From assembly GCA_964372325.1 (NCBI GenBank), contig CAYJQG010000003.1, positions 1 to 46,294 on the forward strand: a DNA stretch of 46,294 nt. Direction: 5' to 3'. The notes beneath the pieces were generated by a model. The model was not told the DNA's origin and ran no database searches. It was given only the letters and a program-made list of their open reading frames with translations. This DNA is from an uncultured Candidatus Saccharibacteria bacterium (GTDB lineage Bacteria; Patescibacteriota; Minisyncoccia; UBA6257; JAUSGH01). A program made the position numbers and the translations under genes. This document shows positions 23,578-31,577 of this stretch, piece after piece (positions within the stretch are counted from its first letter, which is position 1; each line of letters starts with the position of its first letter).

Positions 23578-24444
23578 ATGTTGAAGCTCGAAATTCCTAT
23601 GGACTTTGATCCGGACCATGATCCGGACCTTGATTGGAAAAAAGAGTTTGATTCTTCGACGCAGTGCGATCTCGCATTGCTCGAAGAGCGCCGCCGACAT
23701 ATCGGCATGGCATTTGCCATGCACAATTTGGTTTGCAATCTTTCGAAGCTTGCCATTTCGTACATGAAGCGCGGCAATACCGTCGCTCTCAATAAGTGCA
23801 TTTGGGCGATGCTCCTCAAGTTTAACCAGCTTTATGGCCTGAGTGCACCGAAATGGTTTCTTGCGCAACGCATTAACGAAGCGGCGCAGGAAGTACTTGA
23901 GACGCTTATCATGTTGCGTTTTGCAAATTATGTACTTGATCTCAAGATGGATTTTTCCAAGCGCGAGTCTATAGCGACCGTGATCAACGATCTCCGCAAG
24001 GTTATTGTTGCACATTCGCAAGTTCCGCGCACCGACGATGATGCTGCGATGGATAGCGAAATTGCGAGCGTTGAACACGAATTCTTTTTTGACCCCGCCC
24101 ATCGGCTCGCTGGAACAAGCGACGCTGTTGGTGAAATCGGAAAAATGTTACTCAACCTTTTGACTGACGATGCGTTGAACAAGATTCAAGACCGTAAGGC
24201 CCTGCGCCGACGCTTTATCGATTTCGGCAACGAGTTGCAGGAGTATCTTTCGCGGTTTGAGACTTGCTATGGTATGGCGATTGACAACACGCAGCGTCGC
24301 GATTTCTTCGCCACGTTCCGTGGCAAGATGTTGAAGCTCGACCAACTCATTGAGCGTGAACAGCACGCATACTCGTTGATTCTTGACCAAGAGGCCGTGC
24401 TACGGCTCATGATTGAGACTGTACTTCCGCGAGATAGGCGATAA
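23578..24444 (+). CDS. Hypothetical helical protein (288 aa)
   Basis: Long ORF with ATG at 23578. No motif recognised. Confidence 0.65.
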   Translation: MLKLEIPMDFDPDHDPDLDWKKEFDSSTQCDLALLEERRRHIGMAFAMHNLVCNLSKLAISYMKRGNTVALNKCIWAMLLKFNQLYGLSAPKWFLAQRINEAAQEVLETLIMLRFANYVLDLKMDFSKRESIATVINDLRKVIVAHSQVPRTDDDAAMDSEIASVEHEFFFDPAHRLAGTSDAVGEIGKMLLNLLTDDALNKIQDRKALRRRFIDFGNELQEYLSRFETCYGMAIDNTQRRDFFATFRGKMLKLDQLIEREQHAYSLILDQEAVLRLMIETVLPRDRR

Positions 24445-24488
24445 CTTAACGACTAAGGATGACAATATAAAAATTTTCGAACAACTAC

Positions 24489-24508
24489 GCCCCCAGCCGG
24501 GGGCTTTT
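24489..24508 (+). terminator. Intrinsic terminator
   Basis: GCCCCC-AGCC-GGGGGC, followed by TTTT. Confidence 0.75.
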
Positions 24509-24540
24509 CAGTTTACGTAAGGATTTAACTACTAGTACAG

Positions 24541-24818
24541 AAATCCCAAATCCCAAGCATCAAATAACAAATAAATTCTAATTTTTTAAATTCGAATTTA
24601 TATATTGAATATTATTTGGGATTTGATTATTGTCTCTGAATTACGAAACTCCAGCTTCAATGCTTTTTCGCTCATTTCGGCTGCGAATGCGCAAGAAAAA
24701 ACTCGAGAGATACTCGTGTATATCCCTCGTTTTTTCTTGCGGCGTCTCGCTCGAAATGATTCGAAAAATCATTTGAAGGGAGTTTCGTAACTCAGAGTTA
24801 TTAAGATTTGGTGCTTAT
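24541..24818. repeat. CCCAAAT-hairpin element, copy B, split by a nested 164-nt MITE
   Basis: The left arm is at 24541-24580. The right arm is split into 24611-24628 and 24805-24818 by an insert with ends CTCTGAATTACGAAACTCC (24634-24652) and GGAGTTTCGTAACTCAGAG (24779-24797). Confidence 0.8.
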
Positions 24819-24849
24819 GTATTGAGTGGCTTGTTGCTATACACTCGTT

Positions 24850-27800
24850 TTAATCGTATTCAATAAAATCTTCGTCTTCGAAGCTTTCGAGTTTGCGTTT
24901 TGCTGGTGTATGGTTTTTAAACATGGTGAGCTCGGCGGGGATTTCGTACAAAAAACGCGATGGAGTTTCGTGGAATGTAAGCGTGAGCTCGAGACGTGCA
25001 CGAGTCATTGCTACATACATTAGCCGTCGCTCTTCTTCGAGCGCGCCATCTTCGCCGATAGAGCGGCCGTGGGGCAGCAACCCTTCACTGCAACCCGCAA
25101 CAAACACTTGGTTAAACTCCAAGCCTTTGGCTGCATGGATCGTCATGAGGTGTACGACACCTCCGGCCAGGCGCTTCGCACGAACAGCGGTGCGGCCGTT
25201 GGGCATTTCGAGTGAAGAGACGAGGCTGACTTGTTCGAGAAACTCAGTTAATCCGGCTGATGGAAGAGGTTGCTTCGTACCCATCGACTCGCTCGGGGTT
25301 CCCTGCCTGCCGGCAGGCAGGCCTGCCCGACGGTTAGGCGGGCTCGCAATGACGACCTCAGGAACTGTGTTCGTCATAAGACCCAAGTGGTTAAACGTCC
25401 CAGCAAACATAATGAGCTCGTTAATATTTTCAATACGCTCTTCTCCATTTTTCTGCTTTTCCATTGCCGCGATATAGTCAGTACTTTCTAAAAAGAAATT
25501 GATGAGATCCAATAATTTCTCTGTTTTTGCACGCTCGGGCAATTCAGATGCAAGCATCGCCATTTCTTTTTTCCCAAAATTCTTTTCCAATCGTTCGAGT
25601 GCCATACTGTTCTTTGGGTTGGCTGCATATTGGAGTGCCGCAATAATATCTTTAATCTCCATACGGTCGTAAAAACGCAGCCCTCCATAAATGCGGTAGG
25701 GGATGCTGTTTTGAAGTAGGGCTTGTTCTATGGCACGCGACTGTGCGTTGGTGCGATAAAGGACTGCGATGTTTGGTTCGGCGTTCTGCGACTCGAGTAA
25801 CGCAAGAATTCTCCCGGCAACAAAATAACTCTCACCGCTTTCGTCTTTAAAGCCATGAATTTCGACAACATTCCCATTCTTGTTTTTCGTCCACAATGTT
25901 TTCGGTTTCTGAACGATGTTGTGACGGATCACCGCGCTCGATGCACCAATGATGTTCCCGGTTGAACGATAATTCTCTTCAAGCTTTATAACCGTTGCCC
26001 CCTCCCAATCGCGCTCGAAATTTAAAAAATTTCTAAAATCTGAGCCTCGAAACGCATAAATGGAGTTATGTACCACAATGCCGTTAGCGATATAATTATG
26101 TACATGTTCCACGTCGAGGTCGTAGACCAAACCGTTATACTCTTCGATAACCACTCGCTCAATGTCATCTTCCACAATAGACTCTTGTTCATAAATTGCG
26201 GTAGCCATTGTAACACGCGCATGAGAGGCTGGCTGAAAAAATAAACGTTTTTTTGTTGTAAGACACGCACTGCGCACAATTTCTATCTCGGCATTTACAC
26301 GCTGTAAGCTTTTCGCTATTTTTTCAATTTCTTTATACCGCAGGCGTACAATCTCCATGCGCCAATCATGCAACTTACCCTTTCGTGTTTTGAACCCCAA
26401 CTTCTCGATTTCCTTTTTTAATAACTCATCTTTCGTATTCACGCTTATTCTACTCATCCCCCAAGGATTCACTATACTTTTTCGCTTGTCGTCGAATAAT
26501 GCAACGCGTATGCGCAAACGCCGTGATGTATGACGGATCGTCCCTTGAGGGATCCAATGGGGGTACGCAAAATATAAGAGTTCCTCCTTAAATAATTTTT
26601 GTGCTCGTTCTTTCGTATCAATTACCGTGAACAGTCGATCCACGCTTTGCTGACTAAGCTTCATATTCCGATTATTGGTATCAAATACTACCGTTGGTAT
26701 CCCATATTGAAATGCGTAAAGAAACTCATAGTATTCTGCCTTGCCCCTATCGGTACACACGCGTAGCACCCACATCTTGTCTGCTTTTTCTTGATTATTT
26801 CGCACAACAAGGCCGATCTGCTTTTTTCCTCTTGGGCCCCACCGCGCTCCTTTTGCGATACCAATGCGGAACCCTTTATCTTTGCGATACATAAGATATA
26901 CAAAATAAATATCGCGCACCAATTGTAGCCGAGTAAAGATGAGATGGTTTGGCGTCAAGGTAATTTCTTTGCCTGTTTTCGTCGTTATCTTGATGAGCTT
27001 CCCGTTATATTTTCGTTTATAAATTTTCAGTACTTTTGCCTCGCAAACTTCGCCGTTACCCCCAGCTGAACATATTGTCTCTCCTCGTTTTATCTCTTTT
27101 ATCATTTTCTGCCCCCGTTTTGTCGCAATGAATGTCTCGGGAAGAACACACTGTGCGTCGTCCCCAACAACGCTCAAATTCTTATGTATTCCGGCCAAAC
27201 ACTTAATAAGTGCATACTGCGCACTATTGGTGTCTTGATATTCGTCGACTAAGATATGGTCGTACCGCGCCTGCCACTGTTGCAGCACGTCGGGGTACCC
27301 AATAAATATTCGTACTGGCTTTTCGATAAGGTCATCGAAGTCGAACGCGTTATTTTCTTGAAGGGCAGTTTCATAGCTTTCATAAACTCTTGAGACGAGT
27401 TGGTCGAGGAAGTTTGGGGAGTGAGGACCAGCATAATATGGATCCCGGACCGAAGACGACGTTGATCCCAGCTCAGAGGCTGGGATGACAACGCTTTGAT
27501 GTCCCGCTAACTCATTTTTAATTTTCCCGATACGCGCACGAAACATTGCGGGGTTGTAGCGCTCTTTGTCTATTCCCATATTTTTTACGATACCCTTTAA
27601 GAGGCGTAGCGCGTCGTCGTCGTCGAAGATAGAAAAATTTCTCGTACGACCGATGCGGTGACCTTCGAGTTTCAAAAAACGAGCTCCCCAAGAGTGGAAG
27701 GTTCCTACGAATGGCATATCGCCGGTTGCTAATCGCGGGTCCTGCCTGCCGACGGGCAGGTCGGTGGTCGCGGGTCGCAGATTGTGGGTCGCAGACTGTG

Positions 27801-28053
27801 GGGTTTCTTCGCTTACTAACGATTTGCGATTCGCAATAAGCGCCCTGCTGACACGCTCTTTCATCTCCTGCGCTGCCTTGTTGGTAAACGTAATGGCAAG
27901 AATACGGTCGGGTAACACTCCGCGCTCTAGGAGATGCACAATGCGACTTGTAAGCGTCTTGGTTTTGCCCGACCCCGCGCCAGCGACGATAAGTAACGGC
28001 CCACCAGCGTGGTCGACTGCTTGCTGTTGAGGGGGGTTGAGTTGAGCGTCCAT
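24850..28053 (-). CDS. uvrD: UvrD/PcrA-type DNA helicase, intein-containing precursor
   Basis: LNPPQQQAVDHAGGPLLIVAGAGSGKT, TFHSWGARFL, VDEYQDTN, VVGDDAQ / SIYAFRGSD (motif III, split by the intein), TIHAAKGLEF and YVAMTRAR. Confidence 0.92.
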   Translation of the reverse strand: MDAQLNPPQQQAVDHAGGPLLIVAGAGSGKTKTLTSRIVHLLERGVLPDRILAITFTNKAAQEMKERVSRALIANRKSLVSEETPQSATHNLRPATTDLPVGRQDPRLATGDMPFVGTFHSWGARFLKLEGHRIGRTRNFSIFDDDDALRLLKGIVKNMGIDKERYNPAMFRARIGKIKNELAGHQSVVIPASELGSTSSSVRDPYYAGPHSPNFLDQLVSRVYESYETALQENNAFDFDDLIEKPVRIFIGYPDVLQQWQARYDHILVDEYQDTNSAQYALIKCLAGIHKNLSVVGDDAQCVLPETFIATKRGQKMIKEIKRGETICSAGGNGEVCEAKVLKIYKRKYNGKLIKITTKTGKEITLTPNHLIFTRLQLVRDIYFVYLMYRKDKGFRIGIAKGARWGPRGKKQIGLVVRNNQEKADKMWVLRVCTDRGKAEYYEFLYAFQYGIPTVVFDTNNRNMKLSQQSVDRLFTVIDTKERAQKLFKEELLYFAYPHWIPQGTIRHTSRRLRIRVALFDDKRKSIVNPWGMSRISVNTKDELLKKEIEKLGFKTRKGKLHDWRMEIVRLRYKEIEKIAKSLQRVNAEIEIVRSACLTTKKRLFFQPASHARVTMATAIYEQESIVEDDIERVVIEEYNGLVYDLDVEHVHNYIANGIVVHNSIYAFRGSDFRNFLNFERDWEGATVIKLEENYRSTGNIIGASSAVIRHNIVQKPKTLWTKNKNGNVVEIHGFKDESGESYFVAGRILALLESQNAEPNIAVLYRTNAQSRAIEQALLQNSIPYRIYGGLRFYDRMEIKDIIAALQYAANPKNSMALERLEKNFGKKEMAMLASELPERAKTEKLLDLINFFLESTDYIAAMEKQKNGEERIENINELIMFAGTFNHLGLMTNTVPEVVIASPPNRRAGLPAGRQGTPSESMGTKQPLPSAGLTEFLEQVSLVSSLEMPNGRTAVRAKRLAGGVVHLMTIHAAKGLEFNQVFVAGCSEGLLPHGRSIGEDGALEEERRLMYVAMTRARLELTLTFHETPSRFLYEIPAELTMFKNHTPAKRKLESFEDEDFIEYD
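26065..27150 (-). mobile_element. Intein (362 aa) in helicase motif III
   Basis: It starts at Cys302 (TGT, 27148-27150), right after GDDAQ. Block B is LTPNHLIFT. It ends at VVHN663 and is followed by Ser (+1) of SIYAFRG. About 250 central residues are unassigned and could be a homing-endonuclease-like domain. Confidence 0.85.
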
Positions 28054-28074
28054 ATGTGGTACAGTAGGCTTTAT

Positions 28075-29127
28075 ATGCGATCGATTTCCCTAATGCTTAA
28101 TGGAATAAAGGATAGCATCTCAGGCGCACTAGAAACAACTTTGCTTGTGCCGATAGTCGTGCTTATTGTTGGTACTCTCGTGCACACCGCGCTGATATGG
28201 CGCAATAATTCCCATTCGCCACAAGAAAATTTTGGTGGGCCAACACCGCACAACACTTGGGAATATCAGCTCCGCGCTGCCTCGCTTGAAGATGGCGTGC
28301 ACTTATATATTAACGATACCCTACCCCAAGACAATGAAGAGCTTAATTTACCGCTACCCGACCATGGCGCATTCGCGCCTGGCGCCGGCCCTTCCCTGGG
28401 GAATGCCGCGCCATATGACGGAGTGATACGCTACACCATTGCCCGCGGAGACACGTTGTCGACTATTGCGACAAAATTTGGCGTTACTGTTCGTGCGCTC
28501 GAGGCGACAAATAAATACCTACGCGGCAATGCGCTCCGTGTCGGAGGCATACTCACCGTGCTCCCCGTGCCTGGTGTTGTTCATATTATCGAATCGAACT
28601 CGGAAGACCTGCGCACTATTGCTGCGATGTATGGAGTGCCAGAAGCACGCATACGTGCATACAACAAAACCGCCATGCTTACTGGACTCACGGTTGGTAC
28701 CGAACTCTTAATTCCCGAAACACCACGAGAATATTTAACTACTGACATCTCAAAGCTTCCCGAGCACAAAGGATATTTTGCTCTTCCTGCAGCAGGTCGG
28801 AATTGGGGAAAACTCCACGACTATAACGCCGTTGATATCGCGAACAATTGTGGGACACCTATTTACGCCGCTGCTGCAGGGACTGTTATCGAATCATTCG
28901 ACACTGGGGCGTGGAACGGTGGTTATGGAAATTATTTATTAATTGAGCACACGAATGGCGCTCGCACACGCTATGCGCACAACGAGCGAAATGCCATACG
29001 CACTGGTGCGTACGTGCTCCAAGGCGACCTTATTGCGTATATTGGAAACACGGGTAACGCCCATGGGCCGACGGGGTGCCACCTACACTTCGAAATCATT
29101 GGAGCGAGGAATACATTTGGGAAATGA
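28075..29127 (+). CDS. LysM-repeat M23 metallopeptidase (cell-wall endopeptidase)
   Basis: N-terminal TM helix. Two LysM motifs (YTIARGDTLSTIATKFGV, IIESNSEDLRTIAAMYGV). M23 signatures are GYGNYLLIEHTNGARTRYAHN and GPTGCHLHFEI. The start at ATG 28075 is tentative. Confidence 0.85.
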   Translation: MRSISLMLNGIKDSISGALETTLLVPIVVLIVGTLVHTALIWRNNSHSPQENFGGPTPHNTWEYQLRAASLEDGVHLYINDTLPQDNEELNLPLPDHGAFAPGAGPSLGNAAPYDGVIRYTIARGDTLSTIATKFGVTVRALEATNKYLRGNALRVGGILTVLPVPGVVHIIESNSEDLRTIAAMYGVPEARIRAYNKTAMLTGLTVGTELLIPETPREYLTTDISKLPEHKGYFALPAAGRNWGKLHDYNAVDIANNCGTPIYAAAAGTVIESFDTGAWNGGYGNYLLIEHTNGARTRYAHNERNAIRTGAYVLQGDLIAYIGNTGNAHGPTGCHLHFEIIGARNTFGK

Positions 29128-29170
29128 CAAGAAACTAGAAACTGGATACTAGAAACTAATAACTATCTCC

Positions 29171-29533
29171 ATGATCAAAAATTTTTATGATCTCAGGGTG
29201 TGGCAAGACGCACATCAACTTACGCTTGATGTGTATCGTATTACTAAAAAATATCCAAGCGAAGAACGCTTTGGCTTAACTGCACAAATGCGCAGCTCGG
29301 CTGCTTCGACACCCGCGAATATTGCAGAGGGCTTTGGAAGATTTCATTACAAAGATAAGGTCCGGTTTTATTTACAAGCACGTGCTTCTGCGGTCGAACT
29401 GCAGAACCATTTAATCCTCTCGCAAGATCTTGAATATATCTCTAAAGAATCCGCGCGTATATTATTCAGCAAGGCAAGTCTGGTGATAAAAGAATTAAAT
29501 GGGCTTATCCGTAAAACCGGTCCTAGTGCCTAG
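29171..29533 (+). CDS. Four-helix-bundle protein (23S rRNA intervening-sequence protein / Avd-like family)
   Basis: FYDLRVWQDAHQLTLDVYRITKKYPSEERFGLTAQMRSSAASTPANIAEGFGR is the characteristic N-terminal pattern of this family. Confidence 0.8.
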   Translation: MIKNFYDLRVWQDAHQLTLDVYRITKKYPSEERFGLTAQMRSSAASTPANIAEGFGRFHYKDKVRFYLQARASAVELQNHLILSQDLEYISKESARILFSKASLVIKELNGLIRKTGPSA

Positions 29534-29554
29534 TTACTAGTGCCCAATTTCTTT

Positions 29555-30427
29555 ATGCGTCAACCGCTTGGTCAACATTTTTTAAAGAATACCGGCGTTA
29601 TTACGCAAATTATCGATGCGCTAGATTTGCGTACCGGTGAAACGGTGGTTGAAATTGGGCCAGGGGAGGGGGCGCTCACATTTCCGCTTGCGGAGCGATG
29701 CGCGAAGTTCGATTGCAAACTTATTGCGATTGAAAAAGATGAAGCGTTAGTTAAGAAATTACGAAATTGGAAAATTAAGAAATTAATTGGAGATGTCACC
29801 ATCATGCACGGCGATGCACTCGAAGAAATTCCTAAGCTCTTCACGTCATGGCAAATACACCGTGGATCCCTGCCTGCCGGTAGGCATGGCCAGATTGAAC
29901 CTCAGATGACGGATATTAAAATTGTTGGCAACATCCCTTACTACATCACCGGAAAACTGCTACGCACCATCAGCGAGCTCGAGCACAAACCTAAATGTAC
30001 CGTGCTTATGGTGCAACGCGAGGTGGCCGAACGCATTGTAACAAAGCCACCGCACATGAACTTGCTCGCCGCAGCAACACAAATTTGGGCAGATGCAGAA
30101 ATTATTGCACTACTTAAACAAAAAGATTTTGACCCGCCGCCAGAAGTAGAGTCGGCGGTTGTACGACTGCTAAGCGCTAAGCGCTTAGCGCCATGCCTAC
30201 CGGCAGGCAGGCTTAGCGCTGATAAGCTCGCGCATTATTATTCGTTTATCCACGTCGCGTTTAAACAACCAAGAAAAACATTGCTGAATAATTTATGCGG
30301 GGGCTTCGATATATCTAAGTCGCAGATCATCGATACGCTGAAGGGGAGTGGGTGGAACGAAAAAACTCGGGGGCAAGAGTTAGGCATCGCACAGCTACTC
30401 AACCTCACAAATAAATTTTTTAACTAG
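29555..30427 (+). CDS. rsmA: 16S rRNA (adenine1518/1519-N6)-dimethyltransferase RsmA/KsgA
   Basis: GQHFLKN, VVEIGPGEGALT (SAM motif), VGNIPYYITG and PPPEVESAVVRL. ATG 29555 was chosen. Two palindrome-unit insertions are present. Confidence 0.9.
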   Translation: MRQPLGQHFLKNTGVITQIIDALDLRTGETVVEIGPGEGALTFPLAERCAKFDCKLIAIEKDEALVKKLRNWKIKKLIGDVTIMHGDALEEIPKLFTSWQIHRGSLPAGRHGQIEPQMTDIKIVGNIPYYITGKLLRTISELEHKPKCTVLMVQREVAERIVTKPPHMNLLAAATQIWADAEIIALLKQKDFDPPPEVESAVVRLLSAKRLAPCLPAGRLSADKLAHYYSFIHVAFKQPRKTLLNNLCGGFDISKSQIIDTLKGSGWNEKTRGQELGIAQLLNLTNKFFN

Positions 30428-30443
30428 TGGTCAACCTACGACC

Positions 30444-30674
30444 GTGGGTCCCGCATCGCGGTGCGGGATGCTCAATTTTCCAACCACTCGCTTCGCTCGT
30501 ATTTGTGGATCCCAGCCCGAGAGCTGGGATCTATTAAGTCTAAAACTACGTGGATCCTGGATTGTTATCCAGGACGCTCAATTTTCCAACCACTCGCTTC
30601 GCTCGTGGGGAAAAACCATGGGTCCCGCATCGCGGTGCGGGACGCTCAATTTTCCAACCACTCGCTTCGCTCGT
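30444..30674. repeat. Array of hairpin modules sharing a 31-nt tail (three copies)
   Basis: GCTCAATTTTCCAACCACTCGCTTCGCTCGT occurs at 30470-30500, 30576-30606 and 30644-30674. Each copy is preceded by a GC-rich hairpin (TCCCGCA..TGCGGGA twice, TCCTGGA..TCCAGGA once). An extra hairpin lies at 30508-30531. Confidence 0.85.
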
Positions 30675-30734
30675 GGGGAAAATTGGCGCTTATCCCCACC
30701 CAATTTACACCGAGCGATGCTATAATAAAGTTGT

Positions 30735-31577
30735 ATGCCCACCTTAACGCAACTTATGGGCAGGCGTTTTTTAATACTTGGGCTTAGCACGGTCCTTGGC
30801 GGTTTTTTGTTACTCCTTGGTATTGGGCAATTGGGGTTACTGCCCACGGCTCCGGCACCAACAACGCTTTCTTTAAGCACTTCTCCTCTCGCCTCCGTTT
30901 CTCTTGCTGCATCTTCACAAAATCTTTCGCCATCTCTTCCGTCGCTTGTCGCCCCAGAAGACAATGTCACCGTGCAACTTGCCGCAAAAATTGCAAAAGA
31001 GATTTTAGCACGTAACCCCGATGGGCCACGCACTACTCAAGATGGCGAGAAAATTGTGCTACCCAATGTCGATGGATTCATTGAGCAATACCTCAAAGAT
31101 GGGGCAGTAAATTTTGACACAACTATATTTTATCCAGAAGTTTCACCTAGCAAGCTCTATATCGCCGCCCCTACTGTCCCAGGCTCGATTGAAGAATTTA
31201 CCGCCATCGAGCAATATCAGAAAAGTTTTGACGAAATTTTTAACACTTGGCTACTCGCTCTTTCCGTTCCTCCGGCTACAGATGACTCGTCGCTCGGCAC
31301 GTTTTTTGACAACGCAATGTCCGTTCTTAATACCATGCTACAGCAGCTGTATGCTCTTATGACTCCTCAATCCCTCATACAAAAACATCAACAACTGCTT
31401 CGCGCCCTTGAAGGGACGCGTATCGCCCTTATAAAGCTTCGTTCTTATGAAGCTGACCCATTGCAGGCTATATTAACATTGAACTTACTCACGGAAATTA
31501 ATGGCGAGTTTTTCGTAGTAAAAAATTCTATTGCCAACCTCATCAGCGCGCCGTCTCTCGAGACACTAAAGCCATGA
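30735..31577 (+). CDS. Membrane-anchored protein, first gene of the T4SS-like locus
   Basis: 280 aa, with an N-terminal TM helix (FLILGLSTVLGGFLLLLGIGQLGLL) and then a Ser/Pro-rich linker. Its stop overlaps the next ATG (ATGA). Confidence 0.7.
   Translation: MPTLTQLMGRRFLILGLSTVLGGFLLLLGIGQLGLLPTAPAPTTLSLSTSPLASVSLAASSQNLSPSLPSLVAPEDNVTVQLAAKIAKEILARNPDGPRTTQDGEKIVLPNVDGFIEQYLKDGAVNFDTTIFYPEVSPSKLYIAAPTVPGSIEEFTAIEQYQKSFDEIFNTWLLALSVPPATDDSSLGTFFDNAMSVLNTMLQQLYALMTPQSLIQKHQQLLRALEGTRIALIKLRSYEADPLQAILTLNLLTEINGEFFVVKNSIANLISAPSLETLKP

Noticed and set aside
29171-29533. Avd-like gene as evidence for a diversity-generating retroelement
   Set aside because: There is no reverse transcriptase, template repeat or variable repeat anywhere in the window.
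30444-30787. Possible CRISPR array, or the real genes suggested by the 93-, 108- and 65-aa ORFs in the track
   Set aside because: There are only three repeat copies with irregular spacing (106 and 68 nt). The 'spacers' are themselves hairpins, two of them identical, and no cas genes are present. The ORFs are just translations of the repeat in different frames; the same FSNHSLRS/FPTTRFAR peptides recur.
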